Part shown: positions 27,169-37,240 of the stretch, piece by piece
How the letters are laid out: every line of letters starts with the position of its first letter
Position numbering within the stretch: the stretch's first letter is position 1
From: a virus
Taxonomy: Duplodnaviria > Caudoviricetes
Strand: one strand, 5' to 3'
IMG/VR virus record: IMGVR_UViG_3300029288_000006
Span: 1-64,000 of that record
DNA length: 64,000 nt
Position numbers and translations under genes: made by a program
Notes under the pieces: generated by a model
The model's input: only the letters and a program-made list of their open reading frames with translations
Told to the model about the DNA's origin: nothing
The model's database searches: none

Positions 27169-29907
27169 TTATGTTATCAAACAATCTTTAAAATATCTAC
27201 TGAACATTCTTGGATGTTTCATAATCAACTCCTTAATATATTCATCCAATAAATATATCTCACACGAATCATCCTTATGCCTATTGGCCCTCCCACACAT
27301 TTGTTCTATAGTTTGCGCTGTTGAATTTTTATACCACATCTGACCACTATAAGAACTATATAGTCTGGTGTTAATTTGCTTGTCGTTCAAATCCAAGAAT
27401 GGACAATTATGAACTACTGTAAAATCTTCTAGTAGAAATAAACCATCACCATCCAATGTAAATCCACAGTAATTATCCATCCCAAATGGTTCTATTAATA
27501 TCTTATGAATATTACTTTCTTTAAGTGAATCCCTACTAATTTTTTTATCTATTTTTGTTGGTATCTTTGATAACTTACCGGAGATATTTAATCTGTAATA
27601 CTGCCCAGTAAAATTTATATCTTTTATAGTTGATGTAATTTTTTTGATAGAACACCTAAACCCAAGTGAATTACATAAATAATGTATTTGCTTGGACAAT
27701 ATCTCATTCTTTTGTATTATAGTAATATTCCCGTTGGCACAACATCCATCAGAATCTATTAATCCAGCTAATAATTGCAATCTAATATCTGATGTATTGT
27801 ATAGGTAATCATTTGGTATATGCTTATTATTTATTAAATTATATTCACAAAAAATATTACGTATTGGATACAATCCATCCGATAACATTTTGCGATATTT
27901 AGTTTTCCCAATACATCCATTGCTTAGATAATATGATCTTGGGAAACCGTTTGTATCATTCTTGATTTTTAATTTTAGATTATTTATATAACAAAAATTT
28001 ACAATATATTCTATAACTTTATTATCATAATTGGTTATTTGTACCCTATCGGAATCTCCATCTCCTAACCATAAACCAAGAAAATATGGATCAATATTAA
28101 TATTTTTGTGGGGATATTCTATCGCGACCTTATACCCACCGAATGCCCATTTCCATCCATCAGATTTTAGCAGATATTCTTTTATTGTTATATTGACTAC
28201 ATTGGGATATGATGAATATGGGTCTTTACAAACTACATGCCCACCGGGATATTTTCTATACCTACCATCGGAAAAACATTTTCTTTTTTGTAATGAAAGT
28301 ATATGATCTTCGTTGACTATATAATCTTTTGCCCCACGACATTGTCTAATCTTGTACATATAACCATAACCATTTATGGTATTTAATACTGTTCTATGAG
28401 TACCATCAATACCCATTACTTTATCACCAATAATAATATTTTCTATGGGTTTTAATTCCCCACTGTGCATAACTACCAACGTACCTTTTATTAAACACTT
28501 TGCTATTATCTGAAATCTAGCCATATCATCAGGCAAACTTATCCCGCGTTCCATACTCGGACTAACTAATATCATTGGTTGATCTGTTCTTCTGAATTCC
28601 TCCAATACATCCATGCGCGTTTCTGTATTATGTATCATCATACGCGGACTAATTTCTTTTATTTTATATGCCAGTCTATAGTTGGATGTATGTATTAACC
28701 CCTTATGATCTTTATGTATATCTATAATTTCCTTTATTCTCACTAGTAATTTATTTATTTCTTCATCCGTAACTTTGGAATTGATTCTTGCTACTGGATT
28801 AATATATATCGGTCTATTTTCTATTCTAAAATTACTTGGTACTTCCATATAATCTATTTCTTTAACTGGTATACCTAAAGTTTTAGATATAGAACTTAAG
28901 TCTGGGAATGTTGCACTCATAAGAATAATTTTTTTACCATGACGTTTTAATACATCATTTGTCATGGTAGAACTAATCCATACTGGTTTAAATACATGGT
29001 ATGGGTTCATTGAATCTGGATTAACTATATCATAAATCCAAGATTCATCCACGGAACTTATAAAACTCTTTAGTTTATTTAATGTACCAGAAAAGTATTC
29101 ATCTTCTTTCTTGGTTAATGTTTCTAATGTTATTTTTTCTTTATATTCTATGTCAATTTTTTTTACTATTTCTTTAGCCCATAGTTTCCATGATACTATA
29201 CCACCCTTAGCTGTTGCTGTTTTATATCTAGGTATTCCCACACCATACTTTTTAATCATATTCTCGGATATAGAAAACTGTATAAACCCCAATAATTCTT
29301 TTTCTAATACATCTGCTTCGTCACATACTATTAGAGAATTATTAGAAAACCCACCAACGTAATTAGATTCTAATAAAAAGTATACATAGTTTAATACCCT
29401 GAGTTTACTTGCTAATGCTTTATTCTTTTGTTTAATATATAAACACTGATCATAAAAATCACATGTTGGTAAATATCCCTTGCAAGAATTTATTCCCACA
29501 CATTTATCTATCTTACCATCAGCACCAATCAATCTATAACATACATCAGTATCAACGTTCATACACTTGGATGGATTAATAAATGCACAATCCGCACAAC
29601 TTACCCCACAATTATGTAAACATGGGTAATTATTTTTACCCATTAGAATAGTAAACTCAGGGAAATCTTCCATAATTTGTTGTTGAAGGGTTTTGGAATG
29701 TACAAGATAAGTAGAATCTCCCGCTAATTTACAACATATAGCGCCACTTAAAGACTTGCCAAATCCAGTTGGGCATTCAAGTACCACTATATTTTTATCT
29801 GAATTCATGGCAAACATAATAACTTCAGCTTGATTCTCTCTGAATTCTTTGCCCTTAAATTTGCTGAATGAGTCTCTTGCTTTTTCTATGTCCTTAATGT
29901 TTACCAT
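27169..29907 (-). CDS. dinG: DinG/XPD-family SF2 helicase containing an intein
   Basis: Q motif FRENQ, Walker A CPTGFGKS, Cys-rich Fe-S region, DEAD, MSAT, SMERGISL, QMCGRANR. Confidence 0.9.
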   Translation of the reverse strand: MVNIKDIEKARDSFSKFKGKEFRENQAEVIMFAMNSDKNIVVLECPTGFGKSLSGAICCKLAGDSTYLVHSKTLQQQIMEDFPEFTILMGKNNYPCLHNCGVSCADCAFINPSKCMNVDTDVCYRLIGADGKIDKCVGINSCKGYLPTCDFYDQCLYIKQKNKALASKLRVLNYVYFLLESNYVGGFSNNSLIVCDEADVLEKELLGFIQFSISENMIKKYGVGIPRYKTATAKGGIVSWKLWAKEIVKKIDIEYKEKITLETLTKKEDEYFSGTLNKLKSFISSVDESWIYDIVNPDSMNPYHVFKPVWISSTMTNDVLKRHGKKIILMSATFPDLSSISKTLGIPVKEIDYMEVPSNFRIENRPIYINPVARINSKVTDEEINKLLVRIKEIIDIHKDHKGLIHTSNYRLAYKIKEISPRMMIHNTETRMDVLEEFRRTDQPMILVSPSMERGISLPDDMARFQIIAKCLIKGTLVVMHSGELKPIENIIIGDKVMGIDGTHRTVLNTINGYGYMYKIRQCRGAKDYIVNEDHILSLQKRKCFSDGRYRKYPGGHVVCKDPYSSYPNVVNITIKEYLLKSDGWKWAFGGYKVAIEYPHKNINIDPYFLGLWLGDGDSDRVQITNYDNKVIEYIVNFCYINNLKLKIKNDTNGFPRSYYLSNGCIGKTKYRKMLSDGLYPIRNIFCEYNLINNKHIPNDYLYNTSDIRLQLLAGLIDSDGCCANGNITIIQKNEILSKQIHYLCNSLGFRCSIKKITSTIKDINFTGQYYRLNISGKLSKIPTKIDKKISRDSLKESNIHKILIEPFGMDNYCGFTLDGDGLFLLEDFTVVHNCPFLDLNDKQINTRLYSSYSGQMWYKNSTAQTIEQMCGRANRHKDDSCEIYLLDEYIKELIMKHPRMFSRYFKDCLIT
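27406..28497 (-). mobile_element. Intein (364 aa) with LAGLIDADG homing endonuclease
   Basis: Starts CLIKGTLV, ends FTVVHN, +1 residue Cys; LGLWLGDG and LAGLIDSDG motifs; removal restores IIAK-CPF. Confidence 0.95.
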
Positions 29908-30051
29908 ATATTACTATCCAAAGTTATGGGTTTTTTATTTCTAAATCTGTACGAAACTTTTTTGCAAGTTAAACAATTAGATATAACATCATGTTTACTA
30001 CACCATAATATTATATTATTATTTATAACCTTATATGTAGAATATACGCAT

Positions 30052-30642
30052 TTACTTTTCTTTTTTATCACCATTGGATATATCTACACTTTTTAATTGT
30101 TTATATGCATAGGTTAATGAATCCAGTACATATCGTTCCAGCATTTCCCTATCTTCATTCATGTAATAATGAATTCCATATTTAACCCTGATACATTTCA
30201 GAAATCCACGTACATGTTCATGTGTAAGTTTTGTTGGGATAGATGGGTTATATAAATCATATTCATCCACCTGTATTACTAACGCAGAAAAATACATATT
30301 GCTCATTGCTTCTAACTTCTTAGTAGTTTTAATTCTTTCACTACCTATATAACTAAAAAAATCACTCTCGCATTTACGTTCTATTGCTACTTTGGTTTCC
30401 AATCCCATGATTGTATAGTCACCAATCTTAACCGTATCACGTATTACAGCTAAACCTTTTGGTATGGGATCGAATAATGGATATTGTTCACGAGTATCTA
30501 CTACAATTACAAATCCATCGGGAATGTCGGTAGGTTTCCAGAGTACAGAATTAAAACAATCAAGTTTATTTTGAACAGTTTGCGATACTGTTTTTCTTTT
30601 AATTATCTTCTTGGGTTTATTTGCTCTATCTCTAATATTCAT
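30052..30642 (-). CDS. ERCC4/XPF-family nuclease
   Basis: VVDTREQ, GDY and IERK..DF motifs. Confidence 0.9.
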   Translation of the reverse strand: MNIRDRANKPKKIIKRKTVSQTVQNKLDCFNSVLWKPTDIPDGFVIVVDTREQYPLFDPIPKGLAVIRDTVKIGDYTIMGLETKVAIERKCESDFFSYIGSERIKTTKKLEAMSNMYFSALVIQVDEYDLYNPSIPTKLTHEHVRGFLKCIRVKYGIHYYMNEDREMLERYVLDSLTYAYKQLKSVDISNGDKKEK

Positions 30643-30684
30643 AAAGTAACTCCAATTAAGTAATGGATTTCTATGTTATATATT

Positions 30685-30933
30685 TTATGTATTTAATTTC
30701 TTAAAATTGTACCATGATCCAATTCCGCAAGAAGTACATTTTACTTCTATAATATCACCGACTTCAAAACCGAATGTTTCTTCTGGTACTTTGGGCAACC
30801 ATACAAAATCATCTCTACCCATAACCTTATATGAAAAGCTATCATTACTGTCATCATCAATAACTGTTTTAAATATTTCTACCTTATTCCCATTATCTTC
30901 ATAAAACATTTTGTATACTTCGTCATTAGCCAT
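30685..30933 (-). CDS. Hypothetical protein
   Basis: ORF with GGAG RBS, in operon. Confidence 0.5.
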   Translation of the reverse strand: MANDEVYKMFYEDNGNKVEIFKTVIDDDSNDSFSYKVMGRDDFVWLPKVPEETFGFEVGDIIEVKCTSCGIGSWYNFKKLNT

Positions 30934-30968
30934 GTAATATTCTCCCGTGTTTAAATTTTTAATTAAGA

Positions 30969-31382
30969 TTAAATATCTGGTAAATCTATACCATCTATTG
31001 TATGCTTAGAATTTTCTATTCTTTCTTCACACTTAATAATCGCACCTGATATTCTATTAATAGCATCATGTCTTAATTCATTTACCATAGAATCTCTATA
31101 TGTTGCGCTTGCCAGACAATTCAATTCATTCATTACTATTTCTAATACCTCATGTAACGCACAATATTTCAATGAATGAGATGCACTGCGATTCTTTCTT
31201 ATAGTTATATTAGCTTGTTTAGCTTGAAAATAACATTCTGTTTGTGCATCTGCATGAACGGGTAAACTATTATTACAGAAACAATGCACATCCCAATTCC
31301 CCAACCCAAATAACTCACAATATTGTTTCACGGATTCTTGGAATTGTATGAAATCTTCTTCTGTTGTTTTTATTGACTTCAT
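30969..31382 (-). CDS. Zincin-like protein with HExxE variant, paralogue of 32958-33416
   Basis: TEEDF..F..FGLGNWDV..ALHEVLEI. Confidence 0.55.
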   Translation of the reverse strand: MKSIKTTEEDFIQFQESVKQYCELFGLGNWDVHCFCNNSLPVHADAQTECYFQAKQANITIRKNRSASHSLKYCALHEVLEIVMNELNCLASATYRDSMVNELRHDAINRISGAIIKCEERIENSKHTIDGIDLPDI

Positions 31383-31407
31383 AGGATACCCTTAAAATAA
31401 TGTTCGA

Positions 31408-31692
31408 TTAATGGTCGCCCAACAATGGTAGTGTTTGACCTGCTCTTCGCATGTAATCTTCGTCACTGTCATGTTTATAATTTATAAAATGATTCAATCT
31501 ATGCAATAATTCAATAGCCATTTCCATGTGTGCATAAGAATGATTGGCCCATTTATCTATTTCTGATAAAAATCCACTACCGTCCATATATTCTAGTTTT
31601 TCTGGTGGCATATTAAGACTACTCATCGCGCTAGTCAATTCTTTAATAGCTCCATACAATAATCCTGCATAATCATTTCTCGGTTCACTCAT
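31408..31692 (-). CDS. Hypothetical protein
   Basis: ORF in operon. Confidence 0.5.
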   Translation of the reverse strand: MSEPRNDYAGLLYGAIKELTSAMSSLNMPPEKLEYMDGSGFLSEIDKWANHSYAHMEMAIELLHRLNHFINYKHDSDEDYMRRAGQTLPLLGDH

Positions 31693-31700
31693 TATATATA

Positions 31701-32069
31701 TTACTCTTTCCCAATCAATGTCTTTATCTTATTAACAGTTACACCAATAGAGAACGCACTTTCCTTGAGTGAATCTAATAATTTAACCACCGAATCATTA
31801 TCCTTTTCTCTAACTGTTTCATCCACTACTCTTGCTATTGGATTTCTTGCATTCATAAGTTCTTCTTTAATTAATTCACAGCCATATCCATCATATACCA
31901 TTTCCCCTACACATATTATTTCACAATATTTTACAACAAACCATCCTTCATATCCTATATGTACACCATCGGGTAAATCAATTATATCACCACATTCATA
32001 ATCTTTCATCTCACAATTAGTACTTTTAATTTTAATTCCATGTACAGTATCATATGTTCCCATTAACAT
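31701..32069 (-). CDS. Hypothetical protein
   Basis: MGTYDTV-type phage protein; overlaps the ligase stop. Confidence 0.5.
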   Translation of the reverse strand: MLMGTYDTVHGIKIKSTNCEMKDYECGDIIDLPDGVHIGYEGWFVVKYCEIICVGEMVYDGYGCELIKEELMNARNPIARVVDETVREKDNDSVVKLLDSLKESAFSIGVTVNKIKTLIGKE

Positions 32070-32961
32070 TGTCTCCCACGATCAACTTTTTCTTATACCA
32101 TTCTGGAAATCCAGCGATTAACTTATTCCTTATATCTCTACAAAAATAAGAAAACAATTCTTGAGTAATTTCTTCCCTACATTCCTTTATAACATCATCC
32201 TGAATTTCTTTTATCAATATACCAATATCTTTTGGACTATCTTCTAACTCTCCATTATCTCTCAAGTGTTGTATTGCTTTTTCCCATCTCGCTTCTGTAC
32301 CATATTCTTTACCAATTTTCTCTACTATATTAGAGAATCCAGTCTTACTTTCTATTTTATGTTTCTCTTTGAATTTTTCTGATACTAATTTTCCCATCAA
32401 CACTTTATCATCTTCACCAAATGATTTATAATTTTTAATAACTACACCCTCTATATTAACACCACCCAAGATAGATTCCGTATCAAATAATTTAATCAAT
32501 TCATTATACAATTCTTCTCTGGATATGGTAAGTATAAATTGTGCAAGTAACGGAGCGACCTCTAATCCAATCCTATTAGCTTCATACTTCTTTTCTTCGT
32601 ATGATAAAAAATCCTGATTACCCCTCTCTATATCAAATATAATAATATTTTTGTTCGGAGTTCTACTATAGTTTAATACATTATGATGTGGTACACGTAA
32701 ATATTCACCCCTATAAATCCAATCATTACATAAATTTAATGTTAATATTTGTTCTATTGCCATCCCGAACATACTATCTGGTTTATTAATATCTATTTGT
32801 TTATTCTTTGATCGTACATGATAACCATTTGAATCTTTCATGAATGATATTTGGGAACCATCTAATTTTTCTTCAATGTATACTTCACTATCAAATAATT
32901 TTCCTAATAATTTATGACCAAAAGTATGTATAGATGGGTACGAATGAATCATTGAACTCAT
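32050..32961 (-). CDS. ATP-dependent RNA ligase (Rnl2-like)
   Basis: Motif I EEKLDGS, YRGE, IFDI, EGVVIK, K.VSEKFKE. Confidence 0.85.
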   Translation of the reverse strand: MSSMIHSYPSIHTFGHKLLGKLFDSEVYIEEKLDGSQISFMKDSNGYHVRSKNKQIDINKPDSMFGMAIEQILTLNLCNDWIYRGEYLRVPHHNVLNYSRTPNKNIIIFDIERGNQDFLSYEEKKYEANRIGLEVAPLLAQFILTISREELYNELIKLFDTESILGGVNIEGVVIKNYKSFGEDDKVLMGKLVSEKFKEKHKIESKTGFSNIVEKIGKEYGTEARWEKAIQHLRDNGELEDSPKDIGILIKEIQDDVIKECREEITQELFSYFCRDIRNKLIAGFPEWYKKKLIVGDNVNGNI

Positions 32962-33416
32962 TTATGACTTTCCCCTTCTTTAACACAGCCTGTATCCATA
33001 TAACTTATCTCTTTCGCACATCTCCTATTCATGTCTCCCTCAAATACTATATTCTCCATGATTCTAATAAATGAATGTATGGCAGTTTCTATCTTATCTT
33101 TCGATGCAAATCTTTCATTTGCTAGTATACTGATCTCAGCTAGTAATATTTCCATAACTTCATGGAATGCACTACGTCTAATCAAATATTCACTTGGTTT
33201 AATTGAATACCACAAAAATGGTAACACTAATGTAGCGATATGAGATTGTGGTTCTATGTAACACAATGCTCTATCGGTTTCTTCATCATATAGATTATGC
33301 TTGAACATAATCTCCCAATTAGTGAGACCGAATTTATTAATCCAATATAAACTTTCTTGTTGAAACACATTAAAATCAGTCTCACTTGTTTCATATTTCT
33401 TATTACTATCAGACAT
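32958..33416 (-). CDS. Zincin-like protein with HExxE variant, paralogue of 30969-31382
   Basis: SETDF..F..FGLTNWEI..AFHEVMEI. Confidence 0.55.
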   Translation of the reverse strand: MSDSNKKYETSETDFNVFQQESLYWINKFGLTNWEIMFKHNLYDEETDRALCYIEPQSHIATLVLPFLWYSIKPSEYLIRRSAFHEVMEILLAEISILANERFASKDKIETAIHSFIRIMENIVFEGDMNRRCAKEISYMDTGCVKEGESHK

Positions 33417-33437
33417 GATAACCCCATGATATAAGAT

Positions 33438-33974
33438 TTACATTCCACCCCGCACAGTTTCCATGGCATTGCACTCTTGAATATTTTCTATTGCCTCACA
33501 TTTAATACTCTTTCTATCTTCGTAATCCCGAACTCTCATGGTAAATCTTTCAACATCATCTTTTATACTATCGGGAATCTTTCCAAACTTACCAGACAGT
33601 GCTCTATTGATAGCCACCATAGTACCAAATTCCTTATTAAACCTATCTTTCTTACAACACTTAGACCAACCAACATAAATAGAATCATTAAATTTAATGG
33701 CTACCATAACACCAATATTATATGTTGTCATGGGGTTAATGATATCTAGTATGCCTTCGATTGTTTTATCACTATCACCATCACTAATTAATTTATCAAC
33801 TAACTGAGTAACTCGTTTTTCATGTTTATGAGACCATGTATTGTTATTTGATTCTCTCTTAATATACTGTTTAAAGACAATAGAATATCCATCATCACAA
33901 CTATTAGTTTTGTTATCAACTTCTACTGTAGAATCCATAACTTTTGGCGGTAATATTCTTTTCCACCACATCAT
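33438..33974 (-). CDS. Conserved phage protein
   Basis: VGWSKC..KDRFNKEFG...AINRA pattern. Confidence 0.55.
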   Translation of the reverse strand: MMWWKRILPPKVMDSTVEVDNKTNSCDDGYSIVFKQYIKRESNNNTWSHKHEKRVTQLVDKLISDGDSDKTIEGILDIINPMTTYNIGVMVAIKFNDSIYVGWSKCCKKDRFNKEFGTMVAINRALSGKFGKIPDSIKDDVERFTMRVRDYEDRKSIKCEAIENIQECNAMETVRGGM

Positions 33975-33984
33975 GAACTTCTCC

Positions 33985-34281
33985 TCAACTAAATTTAGTT
34001 AGGTGAATCTCAATTATTTCTACATCATCTGGCATAACTTTGCGATAACAAGGGACATTACGCGATGTATATGGGAACCCATGAAAATTAGGATTTCGTA
34101 TACTATTACCAATAGAATTTAATATTGCACTGTGTGATCTAAAAACAAATGCCTCATTAATTGATTCAACTAATTTTCTATGATATTTTGTTTTTAATTT
34201 GGGATACAATGTAGGGCAACAATAAGATTTTTTATGAGTACCCAAAAACAATCCAGATACTTTGTCTTTTACTATAAACAT
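33985..34281 (-). CDS. Hypothetical protein
   Basis: ORF in operon. Confidence 0.5.
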   Translation of the reverse strand: MFIVKDKVSGLFLGTHKKSYCCPTLYPKLKTKYHRKLVESINEAFVFRSHSAILNSIGNSIRNPNFHGFPYTSRNVPCYRKVMPDDVEIIEIHLTKFS

Positions 34282-34284
34282 TTA

Positions 34285-34554
34285 TTACCCACCTATTCCA
34301 CGCATACCGCACCACCGCAATACATAGTCTCTGCAACTATTGTCTTGTCTTGGTTTTGATTTTTTAACCGATGTAATAACAAATAAAGCATCTTGACCAC
34401 AATCATCACATTTTACTTTACCACGTAAGGGAGTTTTTGATAAATTAATAACATAAATTTTCTTACCATATAAATACATATTCCTGTTATTACATTTATA
34501 AATCCCAGTACGTAAATTATGTAATGATCTGGTCATTGTATTAAACTTCTCCAT
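34285..34554 (-). CDS. Hypothetical protein
   Basis: AGGAGG RBS; CDDC. Confidence 0.5.
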   Translation of the reverse strand: MEKFNTMTRSLHNLRTGIYKCNNRNMYLYGKKIYVINLSKTPLRGKVKCDDCGQDALFVITSVKKSKPRQDNSCRDYVLRWCGMRGIGG

Positions 34555-34576
34555 TTTTTTCCTCCTTTAAATTTTA

Positions 34577-34608
34577 TGGGGTAAGAAATATATCAATCTC
34601 TTACCCCA
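34577..34608 (-). terminator. Stem-loop after the SSB gene (terminator or mRNA stabiliser)
   Basis: TGGGGTAAGA/TCTTACCCCA 10-bp stem; poor U-tail. Confidence 0.45.
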
Positions 34609-34647
34609 CTAATTTACCCATTACATTTACTTCTAACTTATTTTATT

Positions 34648-35175
34648 TTACTTCCCCCACGCCTCTGTTGCAGTTGTACCAACTTTCTTACCGGCGGGAG
34701 AAATCTTTTTAACACGTATATAATCGCGCGTTTCTTCACCAACCTTAACTTTATTCATCTCGGTCGTGAAGGTAGCAATTTTATCTGTGAGTTTGAGTTT
34801 TAAATCGTCAACAACATTACTGATAATAGAATCGTCAAACAATGTATCGAATGCCGCATACTTTTTAGTAAAGAAATCCGTTACGGTTCCGGCAGCATCA
34901 GCAGTATCAATGATAGTGCAGAGTTGATCGAAAGACCTATCTTTTTGCCATGCTTCACCATCAACAAACAGAGAAATAAAGAATCTCTTCCCGTCATTAT
35001 CACCTTCGATAACCGCGACTGGAATATTAATTCTCCTACTTCCAGTTTCCTCATTCTTTACCAGATCAATTCCCTCATCATACCGACCCAAATAAGTACC
35101 TGGAGTTGGTTGCTGAGCACCACCAAATTCGCCTGCACCATCTTTACCATACTTCACGCGACTTTTGATTTCCAT
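34648..35175 (-). CDS. Single-stranded DNA-binding protein (DUF669-like)
   Basis: F....PGTY, EGDNDGKRFF; aromatic C-terminus; directly downstream of the Sak4-like ATPase. Confidence 0.65.
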   Translation of the reverse strand: MEIKSRVKYGKDGAGEFGGAQQPTPGTYLGRYDEGIDLVKNEETGSRRINIPVAVIEGDNDGKRFFISLFVDGEAWQKDRSFDQLCTIIDTADAAGTVTDFFTKKYAAFDTLFDDSIISNVVDDLKLKLTDKIATFTTEMNKVKVGEETRDYIRVKKISPAGKKVGTTATEAWGK

Positions 35176-35273
35176 AACACACTCCCAATGATAGATAGAT
35201 AATTAAAATAACCGAAACAACTATAGATGTTATACTTCTAATAAATTATTGTACAACTAAAATTACCCAACAA

Positions 35274-36122
35274 TCATACTGTTTTCGCCTGAGCATCACC
35301 CCTTTTTGTTTTACTTTCTTCGCATGGATTTTCATAACTACCGAACATAAATCCTATTATATATCTAATCAGCGCGTCAAATGGCCCGACTGCTTGTGTT
35401 GCACCCTCCGGTAATACACCAGTCCATTTACAATATATATCTGGCATACCATGAAAATATACTTTTGCGGGATAAATTGGTTGTACATTCTCATCATACC
35501 GTGGTTCCAACCAACCAACATAATCAAAGAATGCACCCATATTGTCACCAAACTTTTTACCATCTACCAGAGGAGCGTTTAAATGTCTACGTCCCCACGA
35601 TGGACTGGAATCATGTAAAAAAGTACATATAACAAGTTTACCCAAATCGGATAGTCTGCCTAATGGCGCGATCAATCTATACATCTGTCCAGCCAATGCA
35701 CCCCATCCCTCAAACTCTTTTTTGGTAGACAGAATAAGAGATTTTAATTCTTTCTTTTTATCATCATCTCTTGCCGCAAATGTTTCATCTTCTATTTCTT
35801 GTGACAAATGAATATTCATAAGCTGAGAGATTGAGTCAACTACTACGGTATCATAGTTTACAAAGTTTGCATCATTTTCTAGAAACTTTTTTAATTCACC
35901 AAATGATTCATATCCAAGAGTATCAACTGGATGTTTAGTTAAATTCCTACCTGAAGTTCTCAATGAGATATTCGCATTTCTATTTTCTGCTTTAATATAC
36001 AACATTCTACCAGGTATATATTTAAATACATTTACTGTTTTACCCACACCAGTTTCGCCATATAGACCTATTAATGCTCCTGTTGATTTAGTATCTTGAA
36101 TCGGAATGGGAACTAGAGACAT
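35274..36122 (-). CDS. AAA_24 / Sak4-like ATPase
   Basis: LYGETGVGKT, YDTVVVDSISQL, FDYVG. Confidence 0.85.
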   Translation of the reverse strand: MSLVPIPIQDTKSTGALIGLYGETGVGKTVNVFKYIPGRMLYIKAENRNANISLRTSGRNLTKHPVDTLGYESFGELKKFLENDANFVNYDTVVVDSISQLMNIHLSQEIEDETFAARDDDKKKELKSLILSTKKEFEGWGALAGQMYRLIAPLGRLSDLGKLVICTFLHDSSPSWGRRHLNAPLVDGKKFGDNMGAFFDYVGWLEPRYDENVQPIYPAKVYFHGMPDIYCKWTGVLPEGATQAVGPFDALIRYIIGFMFGSYENPCEESKTKRGDAQAKTV

Positions 36123-36163
36123 AAATATACTCCTTATATTATACTACAAGTTAATTGTGTTGT

Positions 36164-36811
36164 TTAACTTTTTGTATTAGTTTTGCTCATATTGTGATTA
36201 TAACTATCTTGAATATTACCAGTATCGCCAGTTGATCTGTAACTTGATACTGCACCACTTACCGCTGAATACATACACATAGTTCCAATATGAGTCGCAT
36301 CATACGTAGCTGATTTATATATACCAATACTAGAACCGGATTTAATTGCGTCTTGATTAGACCCTACAAATATAAATTCCCATTTATATTTATTTTTCTG
36401 ATGCTCGATTTTATCAAAGATTTGTTTGTGATTATATTCCATACTATTATTTTCTTCACCATCAGTTATAACAACAAATATAACTTTAGATGGACGCTCT
36501 GATTCTGGTATATAATTCAATCTTCTTCCAACGTCATCAATAGTTCTTCCCATAGCATCTAATAGCGCAGTCATACCACCGGGTATATAATTAGATTGAT
36601 TAAACTTTTCTACATTCTCTAACTTGACACCATTATACTTAATTTTATAATTACCATGAGAATCAAATAACACAAGACTTAGCTTTGCATTACCCGGAGT
36701 ATTAATTTGATCATCAAGAAACGAATTGAACCCACCAATAGCATCATACTTTGTTGATTCCATAGAACCAGACTTATCAACAATCACTACAATCTCTGTG
36801 TAATCTTTCAT
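36164..36811 (-). CDS. von Willebrand factor A domain protein
   Basis: MIDAS motifs DKSGSM, TALLDA, ITDGEEN. Confidence 0.9.
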   Translation of the reverse strand: MKDYTEIVVIVDKSGSMESTKYDAIGGFNSFLDDQINTPGNAKLSLVLFDSHGNYKIKYNGVKLENVEKFNQSNYIPGGMTALLDAMGRTIDDVGRRLNYIPESERPSKVIFVVITDGEENNSMEYNHKQIFDKIEHQKNKYKWEFIFVGSNQDAIKSGSSIGIYKSATYDATHIGTMCMYSAVSGAVSSYRSTGDTGNIQDSYNHNMSKTNTKS

Positions 36812-37014
36812 AATATATACTCCTTAACCAAATGAAGTTTACCGCCCTTACTAGCAATCCAATTATAAATATTATCTATCTTTTTACCTATCATCCAACG
36901 GGCAATCGGGGCAACATCTATGACCAACCCATTATGTGTTTCTATTCCATAGCAAGCATATGACAAAGTTACTTGATAAAGATTATTATTATTAATATTA
37001 AACAACTGGTTCAT
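36808..37014 (-). CDS. Conserved small phage protein
   Basis: APIARWMIGK motif. Confidence 0.55.
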   Translation of the reverse strand: MNQLFNINNNNLYQVTLSYACYGIETHNGLVIDVAPIARWMIGKKIDNIYNWIASKGGKLHLVKEYIL

Positions 37015-37240
37015 TCTCTTTATACAACATCTTTCTTGGACTATTGGATTTTATTTCACCTAACAATTCTTTAATTGTATTTATCTTAGTCCATTGCCAT
37101 TGTTCTAATTCATGATGTTCCATTTTGATAACAGTCAATAAAAATTCTAATGCCTTGAATAGTTCATTTCTTTCATGTATCAATCCACTCAATTGTTTAT
37201 AGCTAACAGTAACAGTATCATTTTTAATTAGTCTTTGCAA
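36998..37240 (-). CDS. Hypothetical protein
   Basis: ORF overlapping both neighbours. Confidence 0.45.
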   Translation of the reverse strand: MQRLIKNDTVTVSYKQLSGLIHERNELFKALEFLLTVIKMEHHELEQWQWTKINTIKELLGEIKSNSPRKMLYKENEPVV

